This document shows positions 55,091 through 64,000 of a DNA stretch of 64,000 nt, one piece after another; the first letter of the stretch is position 1; every line of letters begins with the position of its first letter. Below the pieces are notes generated by a model that saw only the letters and a list, made by a program, of their open reading frames with translations, had not been told where the DNA came from and searched no databases. A program made the position numbers and the translations under genes. The DNA is from Candidatus Moraniibacteriota bacterium (GTDB taxonomy: Bacteria > Patescibacteriota > Minisyncoccia > Moranbacterales > UBA1568), in assembly GCA_052035095.1 (NCBI GenBank), contig JBPOHW010000004.1, positions 23,527 to 87,526 on the forward strand, in the 5' to 3' direction.

Positions 55091-55339
55091 AAAAACTTGA
55101 TTTTTGGGGAAAAGAAAAACCGTGGATATAGTGCTCCCCCACGGAGTGCGCGTTTCCGTTTCGCGCCTTCTCATTATCTTCCAAAGTTTCGAACTCGTAA
55201 AGTTTCCTTTGGTGGAGGGAAAAGTGGTATACTATTTTCCAGTATCGAGTAGTCAGTAGCGAGTAGTTGGTAAAGAGTGCCAATTGAAAGTTATCACGCT
55301 CTCTATCATCTCCAGTCTAAATTTTTTATTCCTTTTCTT

Positions 55340-57466
55340 ATGAATATTCAATCCTTATTTGAGCCGATGTCGATCGCGGTGGTGGGGGCGTCGACGGAGG
55401 TGGGGAGCGTCGGGAATGATGTCGTGAAAAATTTGGTGGAGCAGAAATTTTCCGGCGCGATTTTCCCGGTGAATCCCAAGACGAATGAGCTCTATAGTAT
55501 TCGGTGTTATCCGAATCTCGCGGCAATCGAGGGGGACGTGGAGTGCGCGGTTATCGTGGTGCCGGCGAAAATCGTGCCGCAAGTATTGCGTGAGGCGGTT
55601 CTCAAAAAAGTGAAGGCGGCTATTGTCATTTCCGCTGGGTTTGGTGAGGCGGGGAATGCCGATCTCGAAACGGAAATCGCAGAGATTGCGCGCGCTGGGG
55701 ATGTGGCGCTTCTTGGTCCCAATTGCCTCGGGGTGGTGAATCCGCACCGTTCGATGAATGCGTCTTTTGCGCGGACGCTTCCCAAGAAGGGAAATGTCGC
55801 ATTTCTCTCGCAGAGCGGCGCCCTCGGGACGGCCGTTTTGGATATGATGGGGGGATTTGGTATCGGTCTTTCAAAGTTTGTGAGCCTCGGCAATAAGGCG
55901 ATGCTTGATGAGTCGGCGCTTCTTGAGTATTTCGCGCGCGACAAGAAAACCAAAGTGATCGCGATCTACGCCGAAGATCTTCGGAATCCCGACCGTATCA
56001 AAAAAGCAGCGAAAGAGATGGCGACTGCCAAGAAGTCGAAGCCGATCATTATCCTCAAGTCAGGGAAGACGGCGGCGGGAGCGGCGGCGCTTGCCTCGCA
56101 TACGGGGTCACTCGCTGGGAATGACGCGAGCTACGAGGCGCTTTTTGAAGAGGCGGGAATTATGCGTGCCGAGACATCGGAAGAGTTGTTTCTGCTCGCT
56201 CGCGCGTTTTCGCTCTCGCCGCTTCCCGCGGGAAGGAATCTCGCGATTGTGACCAATGCCGGCGGTCCGGGGGTACTGTCGGCGGACGTGGCGATTGGCG
56301 CGGGACTCGGGCTCTCGCCGCTCTCCGATGCGACCGCGAGTGAACTTCGAGCGTTTCTTCCGAGTGCCGCGAGCGTCAAAAATCCGATCGATATTTTGGG
56401 TGATGCTAAGAGTGATCGGTATGCTCGGGCGCTCGATCTCGTGCTTGCCGATCCATCTGTGCATATGGTGCTCGCGGTTCTCACGCCGCAATCGATGACG
56501 GATGTTGAAACGATAGCCGAGAAAATTTCCGAGAGCGTTGAAAAATCAGGCAAGCCCGTCGTTGCCGTGTTTATGGGCGGGAAGCTTGTTGCGGGCGGTT
56601 TGAAAATGCTTCTCAAAAAGAAAATAGCGGTCGCGAATTTTCCCGAAGACGGGATTCGAATGCTTGCGGCGCTTGCGGATTTTGCCGAGTCGAGAGAAAA
56701 AGAAGTCGTAATGAAGTATTCTTACAAAACGCTTCCCGCGCCGGAAAAGAATGATATTGAAAGAGCGAAAGAAATTTTCCAAGTAGTGAAATCGTCGGGA
56801 CGGAATCTTTTGTCGCCCATTGAAACACTCGATCTTTTTGTGGCGTACGGGTTTCCGATTCCAAAATACGCAAAAGCCACGACTTCGGAAGAAGCGGCTC
56901 GCGCGGCGCGCGACATTGCGGGACCCTGCGTGATAAAAATTCTCTCGAACGATATCACGCACAAGAGCGATGCCGGCGGCATTCTCCTCAATGTTGCGCC
57001 GGAACGCGCCGGAGAAGCCTTTGAAAGAGTGCTGGAGCGGGTGAAACTCTCGGCGCCCGAGGCACGGATTGACGGCGCGCTCCTGATGGAGATGGCGCCA
57101 AAGGGCGGGATCGAGCTTATCGCGGGAAGTTTCCGCGATCCCAATCTGGGGCAGACGGTGATGCTGGGGAGTGGCGGGATTTATGTGGAAATTTTGAAAG
57201 ATGCAGCGTTCGGGCTTTCGCCCGTCGCGAGAAGTCGTGCGGAGACGATGCTTGCGAAGCTTCGCATCTTTCCCTTGTTGAATGGCGCCAGGGGCGGCGC
57301 GAAATATGATATCGACGCGGTCGTCGAATGTGTCGGGCGTCTCTCGCAATTGCTCACTGATTTCCCCGATATTCGCGAACTCGACGTGAACCCGCTTATC
57401 GTCTACCCCGACACGCCCGAAGGCGGAGGGGTTTTGATCGTGGATGGGAGAGTGGTAGTAAATTAA
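55340..57466 (+). CDS. Acetate--CoA ligase (ADP-forming) / acyl-CoA synthetase (NDP-forming), fused alpha–beta
   Basis: CoA-binding N-terminal domain (SIAVVGASTEVGSVGNDVVKNL), succinyl-CoA-synthetase-like ligase domain, and a C-terminal ATP-grasp. ATG is at 55340. Confidence 0.8.
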   Translation: MNIQSLFEPMSIAVVGASTEVGSVGNDVVKNLVEQKFSGAIFPVNPKTNELYSIRCYPNLAAIEGDVECAVIVVPAKIVPQVLREAVLKKVKAAIVISAGFGEAGNADLETEIAEIARAGDVALLGPNCLGVVNPHRSMNASFARTLPKKGNVAFLSQSGALGTAVLDMMGGFGIGLSKFVSLGNKAMLDESALLEYFARDKKTKVIAIYAEDLRNPDRIKKAAKEMATAKKSKPIIILKSGKTAAGAAALASHTGSLAGNDASYEALFEEAGIMRAETSEELFLLARAFSLSPLPAGRNLAIVTNAGGPGVLSADVAIGAGLGLSPLSDATASELRAFLPSAASVKNPIDILGDAKSDRYARALDLVLADPSVHMVLAVLTPQSMTDVETIAEKISESVEKSGKPVVAVFMGGKLVAGGLKMLLKKKIAVANFPEDGIRMLAALADFAESREKEVVMKYSYKTLPAPEKNDIERAKEIFQVVKSSGRNLLSPIETLDLFVAYGFPIPKYAKATTSEEAARAARDIAGPCVIKILSNDITHKSDAGGILLNVAPERAGEAFERVLERVKLSAPEARIDGALLMEMAPKGGIELIAGSFRDPNLGQTVMLGSGGIYVEILKDAAFGLSPVARSRAETMLAKLRIFPLLNGARGGAKYDIDAVVECVGRLSQLLTDFPDIRELDVNPLIVYPDTPEGGGVLIVDGRVVVN

Positions 57467-57504
57467 AAATGAAAAATTAAAAATGAAAAATTCTGGAGAA
57501 GAAC

Positions 57505-58344
57505 CTATTTCTTTTCCAGGAATTTCACGCTCTTAATTTCGATATTTTCTTTGGGGTGGTCATTTGCGTCTGTGTCTGTCTTCTCGATTTTCCGGACTAC
57601 GTCCATGCCACCTCTCACTTCGCCGAAGTTGGTGTATTTGCCATCGAGGAGGGGAGTGGATTTGGCGGTCACGATGAAGAACTGCGAGCCGTTGGTGTTG
57701 GGGCCCGAGTTTGCCATGGCGACGGAGCCTTCGACGAGTTTCTTTGAATTGATTTCGTCTTCGAAGGTATAGCCGGGACCGCCAGTCCCGTCATCGCTCC
57801 AGTTGTCGTCTTTGGAATTGGGGTCGCCCGCTTGGATGATGAAGCCTTCGATCACGCGGTGGAAACGGATGCCATCGTAGAAGTCTTTCCCGGCGAGTTT
57901 GAAAAAATTGTTGACGGTTTTGGGCGCGTCGTCATTGTAAAATTTCACGGTGATGTCGCCTTTACTTGTTTTGATAACGGCGCCGTCGTATTTTTTGATA
58001 AAGGAAAGATCATCATCTTTGCCAGGTCCGGTTTCCGGTTTTTTTGCTTCGGTCGGCGCGGGGTCCGGTTGTTTTTCGATTGGCGCGGGCGTGTTTTTTT
58101 CGGTTTGCTCCCCGGCGACTTGGGGAGAAACGGGTGGTGTCGGTGGCGCAATCGCGGGTTTCTTGGCGGTCGGCGCGGCGGGTGAGGCGCTTTCCGCTTG
58201 GTCGCCTTGAATAGCGCGGGAGAGATAGCTATAATCTCCCGGCTTTCGATTTTGCACGGTCTCCTGCGCCGGCTCCTGCGAACATCCGGAAAGGGTGAGG
58301 ATGACAAAAAGAATCGGAAAAACGGAAAGAGTTTTTTTGATCAT
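57505..58344 (-). CDS. Lipoprotein peptidyl-prolyl cis-trans isomerase (cyclophilin type) with Pro-rich linker
   Basis: Lipobox LTLSGC, an ~100-aa Pro/Ala/Thr-rich linker, and a cyclophilin domain (FHRVIEGFIIQAGDP; GSQFFIV). Confidence 0.8.
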   Translation of the reverse strand: MIKKTLSVFPILFVILTLSGCSQEPAQETVQNRKPGDYSYLSRAIQGDQAESASPAAPTAKKPAIAPPTPPVSPQVAGEQTEKNTPAPIEKQPDPAPTEAKKPETGPGKDDDLSFIKKYDGAVIKTSKGDITVKFYNDDAPKTVNNFFKLAGKDFYDGIRFHRVIEGFIIQAGDPNSKDDNWSDDGTGGPGYTFEDEINSKKLVEGSVAMANSGPNTNGSQFFIVTAKSTPLLDGKYTNFGEVRGGMDVVRKIEKTDTDANDHPKENIEIKSVKFLEKK

Positions 58345-58396
58345 ATGGTTTTTAACGCGGCACTTCTATTGTACGGGAAAATATTTTCTCGCTCAA

Positions 58397-58464
58397 GGCA
58401 CGTCGCTCGCGAGCGACGTGCCAAGGCTGAATGTTCGCCACGGTCGTTCGTGCAACGACGTGGC
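58397..58464. promoter_or_regulatory. Pair of related palindromic operator-like sites between divergent genes
   Basis: Site 1 ggcacgtcgctcgcgagcgacgtgcc (26-bp perfect palindrome). Site 2 gccacggtcgttcgtgcaacgacgtggc (imperfect). Shared half-site GSCACG(G)TCG…CGACGTGSC, each followed by AAG. Confidence 0.5.
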
Positions 58465-58611
58465 AAGCGAGCAGTATGCTCGGGGAACGAACTCTAGAAT
58501 TCAGGCTTCATATTGACGTTTGTTATTTTTTCTGTTTCAATCGATGCATCTCATTCCAAATGTCGCGAATGGGATATTTTCTTTAATAATTTGAAGCCTT
58601 TGGAGGTCTTC

Positions 58612-59673
58612 ATGAATATTGTGCGAGATCGGGTGATTGCGTCGTTTCTTGGAACGGCGATTGGCGATGCGCTTGGGGCGCCGATTGAGGGGCTCTCTCG
58701 GAAAGAAAGAAGGGAGTGTGGTAGAATCGAAAGCTATCGCGCCAATCCTTATCATGCGTGGAACAGTCGGTTGGGGGCAGGTCGATGGACGGATGATACG
58801 CAGTTGACGCTTGTCGTGGCAGAGTCGCTGATTGCCAGTGGCGGCACGATCAATATGGATGATATGGCGGCTCGGCATGTGGCGGCGCTTGAGGAAGCGC
58901 GAAGAGCTGATGTTGGTTGGGGTCGGACAACGACGCTTGCCGTAGATCAGCTCAAGACTGGTGTTCACTGGAGCGAGTCCGGGAAGAATCTTGGAGAAGG
59001 GTGTGGCGCGGGGAACGGCGTTGCGATGAAGATGGTTCCGATCGCAGCGATGCTTCTTGCGGACGGTACGCCAGTGAAAAAAATGAAAACTTTGTTGGAG
59101 CCGGTTCTCCAGCTAGCCTGCATGACGCATGCGACAGCGGCAGGCATTTCTGCTGGGCTGGCTCAAGCGTTAGCCATTAGACATTGCTTTTATACGGGCT
59201 TTTCTCTGTTTGACATGTACGGGGCATATCGATCGCTGTCTGAAGAAATGTTGTTTGGTCTTTTTTCGGGATATGAATTTTCCGATGAGAGGGGTCTTCC
59301 TGCCGCCGATTGGGATAGTCTTGTAATTTCTACCGATCACGACTTTATTCGCAGAACAATCCTCTTCTTTTCGCCGAGAGATATTTCCTGTGAGACTATA
59401 GCTCGAATTTTTCGAGCAAACGGGTTTCATGTGGCGGATTCCCTCCCAACGGTTCTCGCATTTTTTCTCCGCAATCCATATTCTATTGAAACACTGTACG
59501 ATGTGGTTTACTGGAGCGGGGATGCGGATTCGAATGGCGCCATGGTAGGAGCGCTTCTCGGGGCGCTCAATGGGACGAGAATTTTTCCGCAACATCTCAT
59601 TGATGGACTCTTCCAACGGGAGCGGATTGTCGATACAGCGAATCGCCTCTGTGATGTGCTCGGGATTGAATAA
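58612..59673 (+). CDS. ADP-ribosylglycohydrolase family protein (DraG-like)
   Basis: N-terminal motif RVIASFLGTAIGDALGAPIEG and C-terminal metal-binding region (WSGDADSNGAMVGALLGA). A GGAGG SD precedes the ATG at 58612. Confidence 0.75.
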   Translation: MNIVRDRVIASFLGTAIGDALGAPIEGLSRKERRECGRIESYRANPYHAWNSRLGAGRWTDDTQLTLVVAESLIASGGTINMDDMAARHVAALEEARRADVGWGRTTTLAVDQLKTGVHWSESGKNLGEGCGAGNGVAMKMVPIAAMLLADGTPVKKMKTLLEPVLQLACMTHATAAGISAGLAQALAIRHCFYTGFSLFDMYGAYRSLSEEMLFGLFSGYEFSDERGLPAADWDSLVISTDHDFIRRTILFFSPRDISCETIARIFRANGFHVADSLPTVLAFFLRNPYSIETLYDVVYWSGDADSNGAMVGALLGALNGTRIFPQHLIDGLFQRERIVDTANRLCDVLGIE

Positions 59674-59795
59674 TTCCGGAGTAGTTGCAATAGTTTCCCC
59701 TGCGGCATAGAACGCGGGGGATTTTTTTATGATCGATCTGGACGGTTGATGGGGTTCGTGATATATTTCTTGGTACTTTTTGCTTTTTTGGTTGT

Positions 59796-60476
59796 ATGAA
59801 TATTGCTCGGAATGCACTGTTTCTGTCGATACTCCGCCTCGCGTGCGCGATGAGCTTTGCGTTGCTCTCGATTCGGGTATTCGTTTCCGGAGGAGGCGGG
59901 TACTTGTTTCTGCTTTGGAATTTGTTTCTCGCCGCCGTGCCGTACGCGCTTTCGACGTTGTATGAACGAGCCGCTTCCCGGTCGTCGGCGTTTTCATGGC
60001 GGGCGGGAATAGTATTCGCTCTCTGGCTTTTTTTCTTTCCCAACGCGCCGTATATCGTGACGGATTTCATTCATCTTCCGTGGGAATTTTCGAGGTCGTT
60101 TCGTTTTGCGTATGACTTCATCCTTGTTGCCGTTTTCACGTTTGCGGGACTTCTTTTTGGGATGGCGTCGCTCTTTCGGGTACACCGAACCCTCCGAAAA
60201 TTCATTGGAACCTTTTGGGCGAATGCGGGAGTGGTTTTCGTTCTTCTTCTTTCGGGCATCGGCATTTACCTCGGGCGATTTTTGCGGTGGAACAGTTGGG
60301 ATATGTTGCTGAATCCGCTCGCGGTGCTTCAGGACGCATTTTCACACTACGGCGATCCCGCGTGGTTTGCGCGCGCGGTTTTTCTCTCGATGCTTTTTGC
60401 TTTCTTTACGGGAATTTCATATGCGATTTTTCTTGTCGCGTATCGGCTTGTGCAGGGAGAACGGGCAACTGAATGA
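59796..60476 (+). CDS. Integral membrane protein (DUF1361-like)
   Basis: Six TM helices. The N-terminus NIARNALFLSILRL...LLWNLFLAAVPYALS resembles DUF1361. Tentative. Confidence 0.4.
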   Translation: MNIARNALFLSILRLACAMSFALLSIRVFVSGGGGYLFLLWNLFLAAVPYALSTLYERAASRSSAFSWRAGIVFALWLFFFPNAPYIVTDFIHLPWEFSRSFRFAYDFILVAVFTFAGLLFGMASLFRVHRTLRKFIGTFWANAGVVFVLLLSGIGIYLGRFLRWNSWDMLLNPLAVLQDAFSHYGDPAWFARAVFLSMLFAFFTGISYAIFLVAYRLVQGERATE

Positions 60477-60488
60477 AGTATGCGTAAT

Positions 60489-60537
60489 CAAAACACGTCA
60501 ACTTTGCGCGACCGCGCAAAGTTGACGTGTTTTTTTG
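60489..60537. terminator. Bidirectional rho-independent terminator (perfect 18-bp stem)
   Basis: AAAACACGTCAACTTTGCGCG-ACC-GCGCAAAGTTGACGTGTTTTTTT between convergent genes. Confidence 0.7.
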
Positions 60538-60582
60538 TGGCAAAAAAATTTTTCGAGAAGGGCTTGGGGGCGCTTTGGTTTT

Positions 60583-61734
60583 TTATTCCTCTTCGTCTTC
60601 CGCGAGGGTTTTTTTGACGCGGAGGGTGACGGTGGTTTTTCCGGGGGTTTTGGTTTCGGCTTCTATTTTTTTGCGCGTGTCCAGAGGAAGTGAGGCGAGC
60701 GCGTTTTTGACGAGGGTTTGATTGACCGCGAGGACGCTCTCCCATTTGCCGAGCGGTTCGAGAAGGTCGCGGAGCTTGCCGGCGTCGTAGCCGTATTTCA
60801 CCGTTCGGGCGCGCTCGATCACGCCCACATCGCCAAAGAGTCGCTCGACGTCTTCGGCGTCCATATATTCGAGTATGGTTTCCTGGAGTTTCATGAGTTT
60901 CTGTTTGTCGAGTTCGATGGCTCGCTTCACGGCGAGGTAGTCGTTCACGGCTTTTTCTTTTTCTTCGCTCGTTGCCGTGCGGAGTTCGCGGAACTTGTGT
61001 TTCCACATCGGGCAGATTTTTTGGAAGCCGCACCAGTCGCAGAGGGGATTGACGCGTGGTTCGAAATGTCCGGCTTCGATGTCCGCTATCGTTTCGAGAA
61101 AGAGGTCGTCCACTTTTCGCAGGTCTTCCGAGGTTCTCGTTGAGGAGAGCTTCACGCCGTGCTTGAGGAAATAGAGGCTCACGGTGAGATTCTCGAGGCG
61201 CTCAGATTCTTTGGGATAGCGGGCGAGGAAGGCTTTGGCGTAGACGGAGAGCTGGAGATTGTGATCGACATCCGCTTGCGAGGGGAGTTTTCTCCCGGTT
61301 TTGTAGTCGATGATTTCGTAGCCGGTCGGTGTTTTGTCGATGCGGTCGATGATGCCCTTCACGGTATGGGTCGTACCGGTTGCGTCCGCGATTTCTATTT
61401 GAAACGGACTTTCGAGCGCCACGATGGTGAAGTCTTTGGGATTGTTTTTCTCCACATAGCGACGGATCATATCGACGCCGGCGGAGAAGGCGGCGCGTTC
61501 TTCGTCGGGGTTGTCATAGACGGCGTCGTTCCAGTTTTTGGAGAAATGATTGAGCGCGTCTTCGAGCGTGGGCGGGAGGAGCGCCGGCTCATGAATGAAT
61601 TTCAAGGTCGAATGAACAAGCGTGCCGAAGACGGCCTCTTTGGATTTCGGTTCTTTCAATCGATCGATTTCCTTGAACTTGTATTTCAAGGGACATGTCT
61701 GGTAGGTGCCGAGGGTGGAGTAGGAGAGACGCAT
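60583..61734 (-). CDS. PD-(D/E)xK nuclease family protein with Cas4-like C-terminal 4-Cys cluster (RecB-family nuclease domain)
   Basis: N-terminal LSYSTLGTYQTCPLKYKF (conserved Cys), nuclease core (IIDRIDK...EIIDYKTG), and C-terminal CDWCGFQKIC. The track start is TTG 61794; ATG is at 61734. Confidence 0.7.
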   Translation of the reverse strand: MRLSYSTLGTYQTCPLKYKFKEIDRLKEPKSKEAVFGTLVHSTLKFIHEPALLPPTLEDALNHFSKNWNDAVYDNPDEERAAFSAGVDMIRRYVEKNNPKDFTIVALESPFQIEIADATGTTHTVKGIIDRIDKTPTGYEIIDYKTGRKLPSQADVDHNLQLSVYAKAFLARYPKESERLENLTVSLYFLKHGVKLSSTRTSEDLRKVDDLFLETIADIEAGHFEPRVNPLCDWCGFQKICPMWKHKFRELRTATSEEKEKAVNDYLAVKRAIELDKQKLMKLQETILEYMDAEDVERLFGDVGVIERARTVKYGYDAGKLRDLLEPLGKWESVLAVNQTLVKNALASLPLDTRKKIEAETKTPGKTTVTLRVKKTLAEDEEE

Positions 61735-61892
61735 AATGTATTCGAAAAATTTCAAATTCAAAATTTCAAGCTCCAAATAGAGAACAAATTCCAAATCTTA
61801 AGTCCGAGACTACTGTAGCAGGAAAAAAAGAAAAGAAAAAACCAGCCTGCTGTGTGGGCGAGGCTGGATATCGTGACGGCGCTTTTCTAGGC

Positions 61893-62297
61893 TTATCTTC
61901 TCAGGAGTATCTGCTGGGTTCCTAATTCCCCTTGAATTTCATATGTTTTCCAGAGAAGAAGCCACGCAGCTTGATACCAGACCACTTTGTCAACCGGGTA
62001 AACTTGGTTGATCTGGCCAACATGGATTCGCATAAGCTCCATTGCTATTCCGAGTTGAGAATTTGCTTCCGGATCCACGAAGGATAGGAGGTTAATAAGT
62101 GTTTCCTGTATGAAAGCTAGAATCGGTTTTTCCGGTTCCCCGTGAAGCTCCTTACGCGTTTCCTCGTAAGTGGCAATTATTTGGAAACAGTTTCTCACTC
62201 TCATCTTAAGATTTCTTTCCCTATCGTCCCTTTCGGGAAGGTCGTTTAGCTCACTTGTGCGAATGGAAGTGGATGTGTGTATTGTCTTTGCCTGCAT
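61893..62297 (-). CDS. Hypothetical protein (134 aa), low-GC
   Basis: ATG with a GGAGAG SD. No family recognised. Divergent from uvrB. Confidence 0.4.
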   Translation of the reverse strand: MQAKTIHTSTSIRTSELNDLPERDDRERNLKMRVRNCFQIIATYEETRKELHGEPEKPILAFIQETLINLLSFVDPEANSQLGIAMELMRIHVGQINQVYPVDKVVWYQAAWLLLWKTYEIQGELGTQQILLRR

Positions 62298-62357
62298 CGC
62301 TACTCTCCGGGTTGTGAAAAAACTGATTTCCTGCTAGAGTAGCAAGAAATTCAAATT

Positions 62358-64000
62358 ATGTCAAGAGAAAACAACGCCTTTCATCTTGTGGCACCATATA
62401 ATCCGGCGGGGGATCAGCCGAAGGCGATTGAGGCGCTTGTTTCGGGATTGGAAGTGGGGATGGATCGACAGACACTCCTCGGAGTGACCGGCTCGGGGAA
62501 GACGTTCACGATGGCGAATGTTATCCAACAGATCGGCAAACCGACCTTGGTGATCGCGCACAATAAAACTTTGGCGGCGCAGCTCGCGCAGGAGTATCAG
62601 AGCTTTTTCCCCGAGGCGGCGGTACACTACTTCGTCTCCTACTATGACTTCTATCAGCCGGAGGCGTATATTCCCGCAAGCGATACGTATATCGAGAAAG
62701 ACTCTGCGATCAATGTCGAGATCGAGCGATTGCGGCACGCTTCGACGCAGGCGCTCCTTACACGGCGCGACGTGATCATTGTGGCGTCGGTCTCGTGCAT
62801 CTATGGTTTGGGGTCGCCCGAGGAATATGAGCGCGAGAATCTCCGTGTCGAAGTCGGGATGAAAATCTCGCGCTGGGAATTGTTGCGCGCGCTCGTTGAT
62901 CGCCACTTCGAGCGGACCAATGTCGACCTCACGCCTGGGCAATTTCGCGCGATGGGGAATCGGGTCGAGGTGATGCCGGTACAGGAAAAAACGATCTACG
63001 CGATCGAACTCGCGCATGATGGTATCGAGCGAATTCGGAAAATAGATCCGGTGTCGCAGACCATTCTCGATGAGCCGAAGACATTTTTTCTTTTCCCGGC
63101 AAAGCACTTCGTGACGACCGAAGAGGATCAGAAGCGCGCGCTCCTTTCCATTCGTCTCGAACTCGAAGAGCAGCTGAAAACATTGAATGCCGCGGGGAAA
63201 CTTCTCGAAGCCGAGCGGCTCAAGCGTCGGACGAATTATGACCTCGCGATGATCGAGGAAATTGGCTATACCAACGGCATCGAAAATTATTCGCGCCACC
63301 TCTCGGGGAAAGCGTCCGGCGAGCCGCCCGAGACGCTTCTTTCATATTTCCCAAAAACCCATGACGGGAAGCCGGATTTTTTGACGATTATCGACGAGTC
63401 GCACGTGACGCTCCCGCAACTTCGCGGGATGTACGCGGGCGACCAGTCGCGTAAGCGAACGCTCGTCGAGCACGGCTTTCGATTGCCATCCGCTTTGGAC
63501 AACCGTCCGCTTCGAGGCGAAGAATTTGCGGCGCGTGTGGGGCAGATGATTTTTACGTCCGCGACCCCGGGCGAGGAGGAACGGAAAACGAGTGGTAAAA
63601 TTGTCGAGCAAGTGATTCGCCCGACGGGACTGGTGGATCCGCTCCTTACGATTCGCCCCGTTCGCGCCGATGGAGAATATCTCGGGCAAATTCAAGATTT
63701 TATCACCGAAGCCGAAAAAGAAATTGCGCAAGGCGGACGTGTTATCGCGACAACGCTGACCAAGAAAATGGCGGAAGATCTCTCGACATTTCTCAAAGAA
63801 AAAAACATCAAAGCCGAATATCTTCACAGCGATGTGAAAACGATCGATCGGATTCGAATTCTCACCAATTTTCGCAAAGGAAATTTCGACTGTTTGGTAG
63901 GTGTGAACCTCCTGCGCGAGGGACTCGATCTCCCGGAAGTGACGTTTATCGGAGTGCTCGATGCCGACAAGGAGGGCTTTCTCCGTTCCGAAACCTCGCT
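62358..64000 (+). CDS. uvrB: Excinuclease ABC subunit B (3' partial at window edge)
   Basis: MSRENNAFHLVAPYNPAGDQPKAIEAL..., Walker A GVTGSGKTFTMAN, FVSYYDFYQPEAYIP, and the beta-hairpin region. Co-linear with E. coli UvrB. The ORF runs off the window end. Confidence 0.9.
   Translation, partial: MSRENNAFHLVAPYNPAGDQPKAIEALVSGLEVGMDRQTLLGVTGSGKTFTMANVIQQIGKPTLVIAHNKTLAAQLAQEYQSFFPEAAVHYFVSYYDFYQPEAYIPASDTYIEKDSAINVEIERLRHASTQALLTRRDVIIVASVSCIYGLGSPEEYERENLRVEVGMKISRWELLRALVDRHFERTNVDLTPGQFRAMGNRVEVMPVQEKTIYAIELAHDGIERIRKIDPVSQTILDEPKTFFLFPAKHFVTTEEDQKRALLSIRLELEEQLKTLNAAGKLLEAERLKRRTNYDLAMIEEIGYTNGIENYSRHLSGKASGEPPETLLSYFPKTHDGKPDFLTIIDESHVTLPQLRGMYAGDQSRKRTLVEHGFRLPSALDNRPLRGEEFAARVGQMIFTSATPGEEERKTSGKIVEQVIRPTGLVDPLLTIRPVRADGEYLGQIQDFITEAEKEIAQGGRVIATTLTKKMAEDLSTFLKEKNIKAEYLHSDVKTIDRIRILTNFRKGNFDCLVGVNLLREGLDLPEVTFIGVLDADKEGFLRSETS

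Noticed and set aside
62331-62346. Small palindrome tgctagagtagca upstream of uvrB as a possible LexA/SOS box
   Set aside because: Only a 5-bp stem. It does not match known LexA consensus families (CTGT-N8-ACAG; GAAC-N4-GTTC), so it cannot be assigned with any confidence.

Overview
The window is a gene-dense, mostly + strand region (GC ~55%) consistent with a small-genome, CPR/Patescibacteria-like bacterium; this lineage call is inference from gene content only. No rRNA, tRNA or CRISPR array was detected.

Content, left to right:
- (i) A 7-gene envelope glycan cluster: flippase-like membrane domain fused to GT4, GT2, CE4 deacetylase, SAM methyltransferase, GT4, and two GT-C-like polytopic membrane proteins.
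- (ii) A secreted glycoside-hydrolase-like protein and endonuclease III.
- (iii) A giant (~2100 aa) membrane-anchored repeat / LamG / FN3 surface protein, followed by a MacB/FtsX-type ABC pair.
- (iv) A sensor plus PAS histidine kinase plus stand-alone receiver domain.
- (v) typA, and an O-antigen-ligase-like gene carrying an in-frame MITE-like palindromic insertion.
- (vi) An RND efflux pair (minus strand).
- (vii) A low-GC island with a transmembrane KAP-family P-loop NTPase and an RNHCP zinc-ribbon protein.
- (viii) LTD-PKD secreted protein, holin-X-like protein, DUF883 protein and a peptidoglycan amidase.
- (ix) Housekeeping genes: glyQS, M16 peptidase, AI-2E transporter, rsmI, metG, tatD, class III RNR nrdD/nrdG (with a separately encoded glycyl-radical mini-ORF), ADP-forming acetyl-CoA synthetase, cyclophilin, ADP-ribosylglycohydrolase, a Cas4-like PD-(D/E)xK nuclease, and uvrB (3' partial).

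Several non-coding repeat families stand out: a 4-copy long-hairpin intergenic element, a 2-copy element with covarying closing stems, and dispersed GAATGRA heptamer tandems.
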